From NCBI GenBank assembly GCA_043228905.1, contig JBHGNT010000016.1, forward strand, positions 6,200,001 to 6,264,000: a stretch of 64,000 bases of DNA, in the 5' to 3' direction. Positions 1 to 13,420 of the stretch are shown here, one piece after another. The notes under the pieces were generated by a model, which worked only from the letters and a program-made list of their open reading frames with translations, did no database searches and was not told the origin of the DNA. How positions within the stretch are numbered: the first letter of the stretch is position 1; each line of letters begins with the position of its first letter. This stretch comes from Azolla caroliniana (taxonomy: Eukaryota; Plantae; Polypodiophyta). Made by a program: the position numbers and the translations under genes.

Positions 1-1
1 C

Positions 2-442
2 ACCGGATATGCACAACTAGGAGAAACTAACCAAGTGTTTTCTCTTTTTGATAGAATGAGAGAAGATACTACTCACGATCCAAATCTCATTACTTTTGTC
101 GGTGTTCTTAATGCATGTAGTCATGGAGGTCTAGTGGACAAGGGCTACATGTGCTTTGAACATATGATCTTAGGTACCAGTAGTCCGAGTCCTACATTGG
201 AGCACTATTCATGTATGATTGATATGCTTGGTCGTGCTGGCCAACTAGACAAAATGGTAGCCATTGTCGAACATATGCCTCTACATCCTAATCGAGTGGT
301 ATGGAGTACAATTTTGGGTGCTTGTAGAAAATGGGGTGATATAGAGGTGGGAGGAGAGGCATTTCTACATGCACTAGGACTAGATGATGAGGATGCTGCA
401 TCTTATGTCAGTATGTCTAACATCTATACATACTCGATATAA
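2..442 (+). CDS. 3' part of a PLS/E-class pentatricopeptide repeat protein (5' end outside the window)
   Basis: Frame is open from position 2 (TGYAQLGE...). It carries PNLITFVGVLNACSHGGLVDKG, EHYSCMIDMLGRAG, MPLHPNRVVWSTILGACRKWGD and AASYVSMSNIY, i.e. the last PLS repeats and the E domain. Stop at 440-442; no DYW domain follows. Confidence 0.92.
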   Translation, partial: TGYAQLGETNQVFSLFDRMREDTTHDPNLITFVGVLNACSHGGLVDKGYMCFEHMILGTSSPSPTLEHYSCMIDMLGRAGQLDKMVAIVEHMPLHPNRVVWSTILGACRKWGDIEVGGEAFLHALGLDDEDAASYVSMSNIYTYSI

Positions 443-2095
443 TAAATTGAAGCTTCAGAATATAAGGTGCCCATCCAGATGTCTTAGGACGACCTCGTGT
501 TTTTTAGCGTAGAGTGATCACCACCCTTAAACTCTGATGACCTTACAAATATACCTTTGTATCCAAGTCCATATCTTGGTGGTTTGGGTGAGCCTTCGTT
601 GACTCCATGACTCATAATTGAATCTAATGTTCACGTTAATGATCAGTTGATGTGAAGTTGGCTCATCTCATGTCAATTGTGCAATTGAGTGTTCATATTG
701 TGACTATGTATGAGAGAAATGTGTCGGGATTAGACTAGATTAATAGTATGTGGAAGGAAAAGTCGAATGTGGTGGAAGGTGGAGCATTATACCAAAGTAT
801 GACTGAAACTTACAGCAAACCATGCATGGCCAGTCAGTCTCCACACATGTACCCTCACAACACGTTTCACATCGAAGAGAATGTGAGCTAAGTTATATGG
901 AAGAAATGGTATGCATGGTGGAGGAAGGTATGGAGTCTAGCATGTGTTGGTGAGTAGGTTTTCCTATTTGGAGAAGAAGATAACAGTCTTGAGCTTTGGA
1001 GCAACATATGCAATGTAAAGTGGAGAAATGTGAGCCCCAAATTTCTTCCAAGCAAATGGATTAGGGGTTCTTGCCCTCATCCTATTGTACCTACCATCAA
1101 ATTCCTCTCAAGATGACTTAAGTGGTATTGATCTTCTAATGTAACAACTAATTTATATATATGCTAACATTATATACACCCGAGGTGATACTCCACAAGC
1201 TTAGAAATTTCTTTGCATGCTTACAATTATCAATTATATACTAATTAGTTTGGTTACGACATTTATATCAAAAAGCACAACTCTAATCAAATCATTACCT
1301 ACATATATTGTCTTACGCATCGTAATAGGTGTTGTTGTAATCAATGATTTATTGAACCTTAACTAACCAGCAATTAAATATATGCACGTTTCTTAATTGC
1401 ATTTTAATTGATTCCAAGGGGTTACAAAATGGCCCTACTCAACCCCCTTTGGAAGAGAGAATGGAGATGAATAAAATGCATAACTAGTCAATTAGCAAAT
1501 AGAACTGAGAAAAAGGAGATGAATTGATGATATACTTGCTCAAATGTGGCATTCTAATTTCTTGAGCAATAAACAACTGATGACATGTGTAGAAGTTCTG
1601 AAAAGGTAGTTGGAAACAAGAAAGGAGTTCATGGTAATTAAAAATAAATAAAAATAAACATAGACACAAGTTCAAACCAACATAAACAAAGGAGTTGCAC
1701 CAACATTGATCTGAGGATATATTGTTATATACAATAGTTTGATGTAATATGAGTAATAGTGGTACAAGATAGAACATATAATCAAAAACCAAATGGTACA
1801 AGAGAATGGCACACATGGTGGACGCAGCAGTTCATTGGCGGAACATCTTCTTTGGTTTGATCAATTTACAGTTCCTTATGCCAGTAGTAGTAAAGGAAGG
1901 CTTCTGTTGCCGGCAAAATTCTGTTTTGAGTACTTCACTTTATCCTTGGAAATTCATTGATATATCAGCACATATTGTATCGCGTCATGGACCTCGATTA
2001 ACAGAAATCTTTACTTGACAAAGAGATATCTCTCCAACAATGGGGAGAGAGTCTTTATTGGATGTGGGAAAGCTATGGCGAAAAATGATGGTTTA

Positions 2096-5000
2096 TCAGA
2101 AAAGTATCGACGAACCTTTAGATCGCATAGTTACTAGAATTTCAGCAGCCTGCTTTGCTAATGTTTCATGTCCATGCATCGCCACAGGAGCTAGATGAAT
2201 CTGTGCTTCGCCCCCGTGTAATTCTCTCATAGCCTTGACCTTGAAAATCTTTCTTAAAATATTCACGGCTTTTTCTTTAGAGCTATCTGTTCCGTGGGAA
2301 ATCAGCCCTAGAATGGGTTGGATGGCTCCCTCATCACGTAAAAGCAGGACACCTTTTTCAAGGTTTTCATTCTCAGGAAGAAGGGTGGAAAGTGCTTCCA
2401 CAATAGCTCCAGCAACATCACTTCCTTTTGATGCTTTAAGAAGTGATACAAGGTCAGAAACAACGTTGGCCTCTATAAGGCAAAAGGTTGTTCGCTCTCC
2501 GCATTCACCACCATGGACGCGGCATACTGTTGGAGGTTTTCTTAGTATACAAAAGAAGCATCCGGACAATTTTCTGGGTGTGCTAAGCTGCATTGTGCTC
2601 TCGGAGAGGTTCCGTAAAGCGATCACAGCTCTTATTTTTGCTTTGGTTGTTCCCGACTTGATCAAACCTCGAAGAGCCTGAAAGATTTCGAGGTCTACCA
2701 CCTTCTTTTGTATCTGTATATCCAATGGCAAGGTGAATCTTAATAATGCTCCCATTGCATTTTCCTTCAAATTTGGACTTCCATGTCTGATATGGTGCAA
2801 TAGCATTGGCAAGACGTTTTGCTCCATCAATTCAAGAGTGACATTAGTTTCTGCTACTGGCATTCTTGACAATATCCCCGCAGCTGCTGCTTGTACCTTC
2901 TCTTGAACACCCTCATGAAGATACGTTGAGAAAAGTCCTATTAACTTCGTTGTGGTCATGATAAAGTGGCAGATTTCATCCCCACTTTCCCCCAACATGC
3001 AATATAGAATCTGAACCACTACATTTCTGATCTCAACATCTCCATGCTTTAGAAAAGGTAAGAGTATCATGACACCGTGAGCATCTGAAAATATCTTTCG
3101 GGTTTCATGGGCATCCCGAGGAGATACAAACCCTAACAATGCAAGCATTACCTGCTTCTGTATCATTAGAGAGTTCGAGAAAAAATTGTCCTGTATCCTC
3201 ATCAAGAGATCCCGTAGAATCTTATTAAGATCTAATTCATTTCCATTCTCATCTATTAAGAATACATTATCATTATTTGATACCAACTGCTGTAATATAG
3301 CAGCTGCGGATTCTCTTATATTTGATGGAAAGTGTAGTGAATAGAGGTGGTCCAATATTATAGGCACAGCTCCTGTCTGTGCCAAGCGCTGCTTGTTAGG
3401 TCCATAAGTTACAAGATTTTGGAGAGCACCCAAAGACGCTGCTTTATTTTCAAGATTTCCCATCATCATCTCAACTAATAGTGTGATAACTCCACCCTTA
3501 CCAAGACTCTCCATGCTTTGACGTGTGAGCTCTAAGTCTGAAAGTGCCTTAGCCATGAATCGCTTTGATTGTTCAGATCCTGCAAAGAAATTCAGGGAAC
3601 ATAAATTTTGATAATAATATACATTTGGATTCATTAAGTTAAAGGGGAATTGTCACTTTATTAGTTTTTACATTAAATCGATTAGTTTATATTCTACCCA
3701 TGTTAGGAAGAGTTCATTTTGAACACTGATAATAAGGGCTTTTTTAAAACAATCCTGAATCAAATAAATTTTCTATACCTAAACAGATATGTACATAATA
3801 GGTTAAACAGTATGGATGCATGTCTGGCCTATCTGGGGAAAAAAAAGTAGCTTACATGTGAAGCATCCTGGAAAGGAATACAGGGTTATGGTAAACCTGG
3901 GGTTGAAGAAGATACGTTCCCAATGCCCATTAAACAGAAACTTATTCATAGACCTGAATCTTAAACAATAAAGCATATACTAGAGGCAGGTGAAAAAATT
4001 ATCAGCTGCCCTGGTACTATACAGGACTATCAAAGGGGCTGTGTTGTACAAGATACACTCCAGGACAGTTGAGGCATTGTGGCCATCATCTTTAAATGCC
4101 AGGACTATCAATATAAACACATTGTAGGAGATTTCTCATCCTAAAGTAGATTTCTGCGTATCATTGCTTTAGCATTCTAGCATGGTGAGCATATCCTCCA
4201 CGTCCCGAATTCCTCCTCATTCTAGCATGATGACTATCAATCCATACGGGCAAATTCACAAGTACGATGGTTATGAACCTTCATGAGTAGGAGCCTTACC
4301 TCTATTACTCATGGTGGAGGTGAGAACCAAATGAGAGAAGAGTAGTAAAGGAGCTAACTTAAGCTATCCAAACTTTCTGCCATCCGCCAACTGATGGTTG
4401 AATCTTTGGATTATTGACTTCTATGAATCTTGCACATGCTATGCTGCAGCTTCAGCTTTTTACATACACCCACCCACACATACAGAGAAACAATGCAATA
4501 TTCTCATACATGCAATATCCACCTGACTTTCTGCAGCGAGAACACTCACCAGTTCTCCCTTACCAAGCATCATAGGTTCGACATTCATTCTGTGTGTGTG
4601 TGTGTTTTACTTTTTCTAATTCAACTATTTTACCACTTGCCCAAATTCCTTGATTAGCCCCTAGTGTTCTTATCCAGATGTCATCATCCCCATACAATGA
4701 TGTAAAGAAAGCTATCAAACAATAAAAATAACTTAAGGGACTTCCTTTTGAAAACATAAAAATGTTAGAACGACCTACCATATTGCAAGCACTCAAGAAG
4801 TGGCATGTGCCAGTCCAGCTTTGCCATCTCCACAATGTTTTCGTTTTTGTAAGCTAGTTGTGTTAGAATATCTCCAGCATTTTGTGCAGCTTCGGCATCA
4901 ACCCCATCGCAGAGTGCCACCAACCAAGGGATGGCATCTGCTTCTTGGCTGAGCATCTCAAGCACTAGAGAAGATTGTGATGAGATGCCTGGTGGATCTG

Positions 5001-6414
5001 ATTTCAGTAGTTCGACTAGTAAGGCTATAGCTTTCTTCGAAATGTTCGTGTCCATTGAAAGGCATTGAACCACGTGCTCAACTCCACCTGCATCTACTAG
5101 CTGCTTCTGAAGACATATAAGAATAGATAACTAGAGTTAAATCTACATATAGGTTGAGAATCCACTAGTGAACAGAGAATTGATTCTTACTTTGTTTTCT
5201 TCATTCTTGATTACAATGACTTGTAGGGCTGACAGACTTTTTCTTCTTAAGCTGTCATCCCTGATCTTTAGCACTTCAACTACATGTTTTATCAACTTCT
5301 CTTCTGCAATCCAGTGTCGAAACTTGTTGGTTTTGCAAATTTTGCACAAGTCATCTAGAGCTTCATTTACTTTGACTTTTTCTCCCGATTCCAGTTTTCT
5401 CCTTGCATTTTGAATGCGAAAGCAGTGATTCCAATCTATCCATTCTTCAATACACTCTCTGATCTTATAGTTTGGTTTCAAATTCAGACTAACTAAAACT
5501 GCTCCAGTGGTAGGATCAGTCTTATTACCATTAGCAAACCATTCCTCAATGTTTGCCCTTTCAAATGTTGCTCCCGTAGCAATAGATACCGGATCTTGCA
5601 TTACTTCTCTTGTGAGTGGACATCGGAATGATTCCAAAGGTTCTTGCTCAATGTCAACATTCACCAAGTATCTTTTCTCTTTATAGTCTTCTCGTATGGA
5701 CTCCGGTGTGCGTGTGGCCTCAGCCCTTGATAGAAGGGCAATGATTTGCTCCATAAAAGCCTCTTCTTCTCTTTCCTTCCTCTCTGCTGCCTCTTCCTTT
5801 TCCTTCTTAAAGTATTCAAGTTCTTTTCTTATCTCCGAAGAGTCTTCAACAGGAACACCCACAGACCGTGCAATTTCGTGAATCAAATCATTCAGAAAGG
5901 CCTGATCGGTTTTATGCTGCCTGATACCCATCTCAATCTTGTTCATTATCTCCAATTTTTGGTTTGAAGCTCGATATTCGGCATGCATCATCTCATCCTT
6001 AAGCTTATCGACGTTGTTTTGAATATCCATCGAGATCTCAGCAGTTGCTAATGAGAGGAGACCAAGTGACTTTCCCATATCTTGGGTTATTTGTTGCGCT
6101 TCTTTAACGATGCTTCTGCAATGCACAAGCTGGTAGAACCTTGACTTTTTTCCACACATATTAACTAAGCTTTTTGCTTTTTCGACATCTTGTCTTAAGG
6201 CCTCGAGGGCTTGTCGGGAAGCTGGACTGTCCGCCATGTCTCTGCTTGACATGAGCTCATTGAGGACAGGATGAATGCTGTGGAAGTATGCGGAGAGTGA
6301 TTTAAACGTGTCTTTCTCCATGAGGACATCTTGGGCTGCGAGAGCGGTTTTGAGGATCTCATTGGTCAAGATCGCAAGACAGGTGCTGATGGGCACAAGC
6401 TCCAGAAATATCAT
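2096..6414 (-). CDS. U-box/ARM-repeat E3 ubiquitin ligase, PUB43/PUB44-like, about 1011 aa; coding exons 6414-5191, 5106-4779, 3579-2096
   Basis: N-terminus MIFLELVPISTCLAILTNEILKTA, U-box PLESFRCPLTREVMQDPVSIATGATFERANIEEWF...DPTTG...LKPN, ARM repeats and C-terminal CRVHGGECGERTTFCLIEANVV. GT-AG junctions give phases 0 and 1 and 3036 nt in total. Confidence 0.9.
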
Positions 6415-6609
6415 TTTGATGCCTAGCTCTACTGCTAAATCAACCAAGGCAACACTTAGATGAAATATAAGATTCTATACATAAATACAGACAGGCAGAC
6501 AGACAGACAGACATACACATACATACGTACGTACGTACGTACGTACGCACACATAGATATATGTGTGTGTTTATGCATATATGTATATAGGTATTTGCAG
6601 TGGAAATCC

Positions 6610-6880
6610 TGCAGAAAAATAGTGACTGATTAAATGTTAATCAAACCCTAGAGATAAATTGTGCCTTTGACAGAAAAACAGTGGCTAACGAAATACTAAT
6701 CAAACACTAGCGATAACAACTGAGCTTGACACAGGAAAATGGCTGTTAATTAAATGCTACTCAACACTAGAGATAACAACTGAGCTTGACACAGGAAAAT
6801 GTCTGTTAATTAGATGCTAATCAGCACTACAGATAAACTTTGGCTTACACAGGAAATCAGGGGCTTAATTAGTTGCTAAT
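6610..6880. repeat. About 60-bp tandem minisatellite (about 4.5 copies) in the 5'-UTR intron of the U-box gene
   Basis: Recurring unit AAATGCTAATCAAACACTAGAGATAACAACTGAGCTTGACACAGGAAAATGGCTGTTAATT with diverged copies. Confidence 0.8.
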
Positions 6881-6957
6881 GCTTATGTGTTCTTTCCCTA
6901 TTGGGGTTGGGGAGGGTATAGAACAGATGAGAAAGGTGAGGCAGACAGAAAGACACA

Positions 6958-6989
<32 letters not shown>

Positions 6990-7014
6990 AAAGGGCATAC
7001 CTGATTGGTTTTCT

Positions 7015-7032
7015 TCAATTCATGAACTCCAT
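7015..7032 (-). promoter_or_regulatory. Putative uORF (MEFMN*) in a non-coding first exon of the U-box gene
   Basis: Minus strand ATG GAG TTC ATG AAT TGA lies just before the donor CAG|GTATG at 7001/7000. A (CTT)n tract typical of 5' UTRs lies upstream. Confidence 0.5.
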
Positions 7033-7299
7033 GGCTTTGCTGCCTTAGTATTTAGAGATGGGCTATGTGATTTGTTGCCCCTGCAGCTGCAGGTGAAGAA
7101 GAAGAAGAAGAAGAAGAAGAAGAGTGGAGGAGAACGACCGAGTCAAGTCAAAATTAAGAGTCAAAAGGAAAAAGACTCAAAATGGTAGCAAGACCAAGCC
7201 AAAAAGAAAAAAAAGACTTCTACTAATCCATTCCTTACATATTCTTCTTCTTCTTCTCTCGCTTTTTTTCCGTAAATAATGGCTTTCATTACGAAAGAA

Positions 7300-8215
7300 A
7301 GAGAGAAAATCATAGCACGCAATCAATTGAGAACACCAACCTGCCTTGGTCACATGAAACCACTTGGTAATGGGCTTACGGAAACCCCATATCTTTATAA
7401 CCCTTTCTTGAATACCTTCACTCGTAGCATCAATCAATCGAGAACACCAACCTGCCCCCTGATCACATGAAACCACCAGGTAATGGGCTCACACAAAAAC
7501 CCCATTATCTTTATAACCGGTTCTTCCATCCACTTATGTTTGTCAATCAACTTGTGATAAGAATCGCTTGTTGAGATCATAGTTAATCTCTTATTTCCAA
7601 ACAAACATCCAATCGAGCTCTTGAGATCCCTAATATCTAAATCGGGATTAGGCTCATATGAAGATAGTAATTCTTGCAACTTATCCCAAATAAAGGTATA
7701 ACCTTTTGGAATACGAAATGTTGATCTTGTTGTTCGAAAAGCCATTAATCTTCTTTGTGACACCAACATAGCATCCTTAACTGTTACCAAGCCCAATCTA
7801 GTCATCCGATTAAATTGAAGGTTAATAATTTGTTTGCCTTCCCACCTCAACAACCTTGATGCCACCAAAACCTCCATTTGTAAGGAATTGGCACATCCCC
7901 TTTCTTGTGGAGGATGCCATTCCACAAAATCCAACATACTTTACCAAGATGTCAACAAATGATTAACTATGAGAGACCCTGCACATTTGACATTCCGTTC
8001 AAAAATAATGTCATTCCACCAATTACCTTCAACTGTCATGTTTCCAAGCTTAATTCCTGACTTCTCTATAAAGTATGCCACCATTTTTGTCCAAGGTTGT
8101 ACACCCTCAAACATAAATAAAATGAATTTAGTAAATCAATGAGCCACCATATGCTCATATAAATCCAATACCGATGCCCCACCAAACCGCTTCAGAGTAC
8201 AAACATGATCCCATG
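7300..8215 (-). mobile_element. Degenerate L1-like LINE fragment (region downstream of RT)
   Basis: Minus-strand translation WDHVCTLKRFGGASVLDL...FMFEGVQPW resembles the W..VC.PK..GGLG motif and is interrupted by stops. An imperfect duplication of about 111 bp spans 7321-7530. Confidence 0.65.
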
Positions 8216-8639
8216 TCAACCACGGCTAGGCACTTTTCCTTTTTCTTTTCCATAACAACATTTGCATTGAGTATGACACCATTTCAAGAGCTTTCTTTGA
8301 CCATGGTAGCAAAGGAAGATAATAAGACACCATAGAGACCATAATCGATTGAACCACCTTAAGTCGTACATGAAAAGGCTATAATTGAGACCTCTAATAC
8401 ATAAACTTATCCTCTCTCTCTCTCTCTCTCTCAAGCACACAATTTGTATTAATAAGAATGTGTGTGGAAAACACTACAAGACTTAAAAGAAAGCTTGCAG
8501 TCGTTTTGAAAAATGTGTGTGGAAAACACTACAACGATTTCTTGGCCCCTACGTTACATGGGGGGTGGGCTACTAGAGATGTTGAGTCGTCAAATGGGCA
8601 AGACGAAACCAAACACTCCCACCGATGAAAAAGCATATT

Positions 8640-10822
8640 GTCCTGCTTCCATGTCGATAAACAAATTTGTCACATGTTTGGTACTCCCTTCAGCTCTCGT
8701 TGCACATGCTCGTCTATCTCCATACCTACCATCAAAAATACAAAAGCATCTCGCATACCCGAATCATGACGCAACCCCCATTAGCTCTGAAAAATGGAAA
8801 CACAATCACCATCTTCAATTGTTAGGTCGAGGCCTATAAATTGTGGAAACACCAATTGTCTTGACGTAACCTATCAACACAACAAAACATAACCCTAACC
8901 TTGAAGAGTGATCAAACACACTATAAACTGATGAGTAGTAATATCTTCCACCAAGACAATGCAATTAGAGTTATTCCCAATGGTATATCATAGACAATAC
9001 TCTCCACATGAAGACCTTAGCTAGAAAGAGCAATTTAGAATGCCAACAATTATTCCAAATTGTCATTGTCCATTACCGACAAAACTTATAACCCTAACCT
9101 TGAAGAGTGATCAAAACACACTATGAACTGATGAGTAGTAATATCTTCCACCAAGACAATGCAATTAGAGTTATTCCCAATGGTATATCATGGACAATAC
9201 TCTCCACATGAAGACCTTAGCTAGAAAGAGCAATTTAGAATGGCAACAATTATTCCAGATTGTCATCATCCATTACCGATGTTGCTTACCTTCCTTTTTT
9301 GTTCAACCTTAGGTTATAGTCATCGATGAGACTCAAATGGAACGATGATATTAATCATCTTTAAAAACTAATTTTGACCCTGTACATGCCAATTGACTCA
9401 TGGTTGCTCTTTCATTTTATGAGTGAAGTACCCTACATCAATGTTTTACTCTGTAGTTACTAACAAATAAACCCATAATCGGGCAGGATGCACAATAATC
9501 ATCACACTCAACAAAGTCAAAATATCTCCAAAGTTTGAGCATCAACTACATCTCCCATTGACCCCCAAACAAAGCAAGTGATTAAATTGAGAGCGTGATC
9601 TTTCCTTTCCAAATTCCATGCCAACATTATAATTGAGAAGAGATCAATAACTATTTTTTTAAAGAATTAAAATGCTTTCGGAATAAATGATGGTGTTCGT
9701 ATGAATAAAGAGAGTGGTTTCATAATAAATGATGGTGTCCAATGTCCATATGAATAAAGAGAATGGTTTTTGCCATTAGGCAGGCAACCAAGTGTTCCGC
9801 ATGTGAAGAACAAGGAATTTAAAGTGGAATATTTCCATTAAGTCATTGTTGCCACGATGCCTTAATCATCATTTTCCCACATATTACTCCCTTCTCCTCG
9901 ATGAAATATTGGAGAATAGATATCCATCTCTATGAGTGTGGACACATGTATTGCAATAGTGAAAAATTAAGAGCCATCATATGTTTTGAAATATCCAATA
10001 TTTGCAGTTTTTCCCAAGCCCTTAACGATTGCTATATGGTTTCAATCAACTCGTGTGATCATCATCTTATCCTTCATTCTTCACAACAATTATTGAAGAT
10101 TTGCAAAAAGTAATATAGAGCCTTCTATGTTCATGGTAACAATGACAAAAGTATAATATCATGGGCTCCATAATAAATTCTACAACTTTAAGGTATATGA
10201 AATGGCCAAGATTATGACTTCCAATACATGAACTTATTCCTCAACTGGCTAGTCAACCATAAATTAATTTGGTATTTACAACATTCACTTCCAATGAATA
10301 CCCCAAATGCTTGAAAAATAGTCTCTTCCAACCACAAATCCTTGTCATTCTACACATTCAAAATCGCTCAATACACAAGATGAGGCACAACTTCCTCTAC
10401 TTAATATATAATCCAAAGGCCAAGGCAATTTGGTCATGTGCATGCATCCATTCTCAAGATGCTTATGTTGGCCTTGTAAAAACATGAGAGAATCATCTGT
10501 CAAAGTTTGGGATTAGGGTTTAGGTCTAATTGTCCCCTAGATAGAAGGTGTAAACCCACAATATCACCAATAGTTGCAAGCCTCAACAACATCAAGAACA
10601 ATTGATGAGTAATTATAATAAACAACAATGGGATGAGTGCCCATGATTGATGAATAGATTATATGAGGGTAATATTTGATGTAGCTTCACCATTAAGCAT
10701 TACTCAAGACACAATATCTTGCCGTAATAAAAATAGAAGGTGTAACATACATGGTCTAAAGTCATTGTATGCCTCAACCATAAATCAAATTGACCCATGG
10801 GCATGATCATTGGTAAGCTTTC
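8640..10822 (-). mobile_element. Highly degenerate LINE RT and downstream remnant
   Basis: Degenerate KHLGY (YLG) motif near 10300 and a GCPLSP-like remnant near 10630, with many stops. Similar to 28880-29600 (shared CAATTTAGAATG(C/G)CAAC and CCCATAAT..GGC.GGAT). Confidence 0.55.
8891..9279. repeat. About 200-bp near-identical tandem duplication
   Basis: AACCCTAACCTTGAAGAGTGATCAAA...CCATTACCGA occurs at about 8891 and again at about 9090. Confidence 0.9.
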
Positions 10823-10910
10823 TATTAATCATTAGGTAATTAACTAGGGTTAATTAGTAACTAATTATGTGAGTCGTTAAGCAGCGGAAGATTATGTGAT
10901 GTGTGTGCGT

Positions 10911-10971
<61 letters not shown>

Positions 10972-11022
10972 GAAGTTACACTTGTGAACAATAATGTAAA
11001 TGGGGGATGATAAACAAGAATG
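10823..11022 (-). mobile_element. Truncated Copia LTR fragment related to the LTRs at 58668-59067 and 60593-60982
   Basis: TATTAATCATTAGGTAATTAAC...GGTTAATTAGTA..TAATTATGTGA...GAGAGAGGAAG.TACACTT.TGAACAATAAT.TAAATGGGGGATGAT aligns by eye with those LTRs. The TG/GA microsatellite is expanded here. Confidence 0.75.
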
Positions 11023-11440
11023 TAGCTAGTGGCTATCAACATGAGCTAATGGTTGTTGTATGGACAGCCTCTAAGAGCTTCGTTGTCGCCATTGCTACCC
11101 CTGCACAACCGATTTTCCTCTCCTAGAAAGAATCCTCACTACCCAGAAAGAAAGCAACACAATTCCACATTAAACAACCTCTGAGAACTTCATTGTCGTC
11201 ATCGCTATCCTTGCACAACCTATTTTCCTCTCGTACGGAAGCGAATGACCGCCAAAATCAACAAGCATTAGCAGAGAAGGGTCAATTTATCTTGGTAATC
11301 CTCTTCTCTATTCTTAATAACAGATTTATTTAGTAAAAATTCGGGAAGTTATAGTATATAAAAGGGAGAGAGAGGGACAATACATTAAGGAAGTACCTAC
11401 TCAACCATGGAGGGACCGTTGTCGCGAAGTTCCGCGCATG

Positions 11441-11720
11441 CCTTTATGAGGAGGAGAGATGCATGGGCACGCCCGAAACGCTCCCTCGTCACAAGACGAC
11501 CAAATGTACAAGAAGACACAAGCACACACACAAATGCTCGTACTCCTTTATGAGGAGGAGAGGTGCATGGGCATGCCCGAAACGCTCCCTCGTCACAAGA
11601 CGACCGAACGTACAAGAAGACACAAGCACACACACAAATGCTCGTACGCCTTTATGAGGAGGAGAGGTGCATGGGCACACCCGAAACGCTCCCTCGTCAC
11701 AAGACGACCGAACGTACAAG
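11441..11720. repeat. 104-bp tandem repeat (about 2.7 copies) inside the Gypsy 3' LTR
   Basis: Unit CCTTTATGAGGAGGAGAGGTGCATGGGCACGCCCGAAACGCTCCCTCGTCACAAGACGACC... starts at 11441, 11545 and 11649. Confidence 0.92.
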
Positions 11721-12967
11721 TGGACGAGAACAAAGACAAAAAGAAAGAAAGAAAAACATGAATGATATTGGCTAAAGAAATAAATACGTGTTCGATTCCA
11801 ACGCAAGAGGACCCTTTATAAAATAGGGTTTGATTACAATGTGGCAACTTCTAGTTAACCACAACCTCAACAAAACATAAATACTAAATGCCCTTAGAGA
11901 CAAGAGCAAATCTGAACACGATGAAGACGAACACATGAGCACCACAAAAATGTCGACCCCAACGAACCACAACCACCTGAGCGGCGAGCACACAGGCTCG
12001 CAATGACAAACGGGGCGAAGCAACGTCGAACCAATGAAGCTCTGGCCCACGAGCACTTTGAGTGCCAACGCGAAGAAGACGAGCACATGGCGATGAGGGG
12101 GTGAAGGGGTATGAGATGAAGGGAAGTGGTGAAGAAGAAGATGAAGAGCTCCGAAGGAAAAATGGCGATAGTTTCATCCTCCCAAAATGTCCTCCTAAAT
12201 GAGCCCCCCTCGACCTCCTTTTATAGGAAAAAAAGAATGGGGGTCGCCAATTTTGTCTTCAATGCAAAAGGAATAAAATTCCTTAAATCACGCTGCATTG
12301 TAAGACTGGAACTGAACCGTGCACCTCTCTCTATCTCTACAAATTCATAGCATGTCTCCCCTCTACTTTTTATCTCTCCTCTCTCTTACTTTTTACACAA
12401 GCTTCTATACCTCCTTTCCACCCTTTCTTTTCCCTTTTCCTTTGCATGTGCACAATTAATTGCCTTTGTGTGCACACACATTGCACATGCACATTTTGAC
12501 CCCCCATTTCACCGGTTTTTCCCACTCTCGAGCATGCCACATCACGACATCTACCCCCATCAAACCTCACATCCTCCGGTATGTGCCAAGAATGGCGGGT
12601 TGAGGGTGGTCAATAGTTCATTTCCTCCTCCTCATTGACCTCGTGGCTTGTGGTTTGCTCGCCTTTATCTTCGTCAAGGTCATTGAGGTTTGGCTCCCTA
12701 TCGTGTCGCTTTTTGAAGATTTTGACCTGCTTCCCTGCTATTGGTACTGCCAGCTTAGTCCCATCGAGTTCAGCGAGGTGGTAGGTGGCATTATCGTTTG
12801 CACTCATTACCATGTACAGCCCGAACCGACCCGTTGTGCTAACCACCGTCTCTATGGCTCAGTCTAGGCTGGCGATACTTTCTCGGGCATTTAACAAGCG
12901 GTCCACCACCGCCACCATCGCTTCAATGAGTTCTCCTCCTCGCATCTTGGTTCTCCCTTGCCGCCCT

Positions 12968-12985
12968 TTCACGTCGGGTTCACCA
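12968..12985 (-). promoter_or_regulatory. Primer-binding site complementary to the 3' end of plant cytosolic tRNA-Trp
   Basis: Plus strand TTCACGTCGGGTTCACCA equals the recalled plant tRNA-Trp(CCA) 3' end plus CCA. It sits 5 nt from the LTR end at 12991. Confidence 0.8.
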
Positions 12986-13300
12986 ATTTATGTCACGAAG
13001 TTTCGCGCATGTGTGTTACTTGGGCGGAACCACGGGGGTCTTGGACTAGGGAGTACTGAAGGGATAGAGAAGACCCGAGGTTTGCTTTATGACAATACTA
13101 CTTCCTGACCCCTTCCCGAGCAAGGGCTCGTTGCCCCTTTTTGTGAGGCCGGTGGCTTTCGTTGATCACGACTCGTCGAGTTTTCGAGATCACCGCACGA
13201 GCCAAGTTGTCATGAACATCGACTCGAATGTGAACCTTAGGCCCTTGTATATATATTTCTCCTAGACAAACTTTAGACTTCAAACCTTTGTATAAAGAGT

Positions 13301-13420
13301 GGTATGTAAGACCTAGTATATAAGACTCAGTATGTAAGACCCAATATGTAAGACTCAATATGTAAGACTTGGCATGTAAGAATTAGTATGCTTGATATTA
13401 TAGTATGTAAGACTTGGCAT
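13301..13420. repeat. About 14-bp tandem repeat (AGTATGTAAGACTC-like, about 8 copies) within the Gypsy 5' LTR
   Basis: GTATGTAAGACC, GTATATAAGACTC, GTATGTAAGACCC, ATATGTAAGACTC and similar units recur. Confidence 0.8.
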
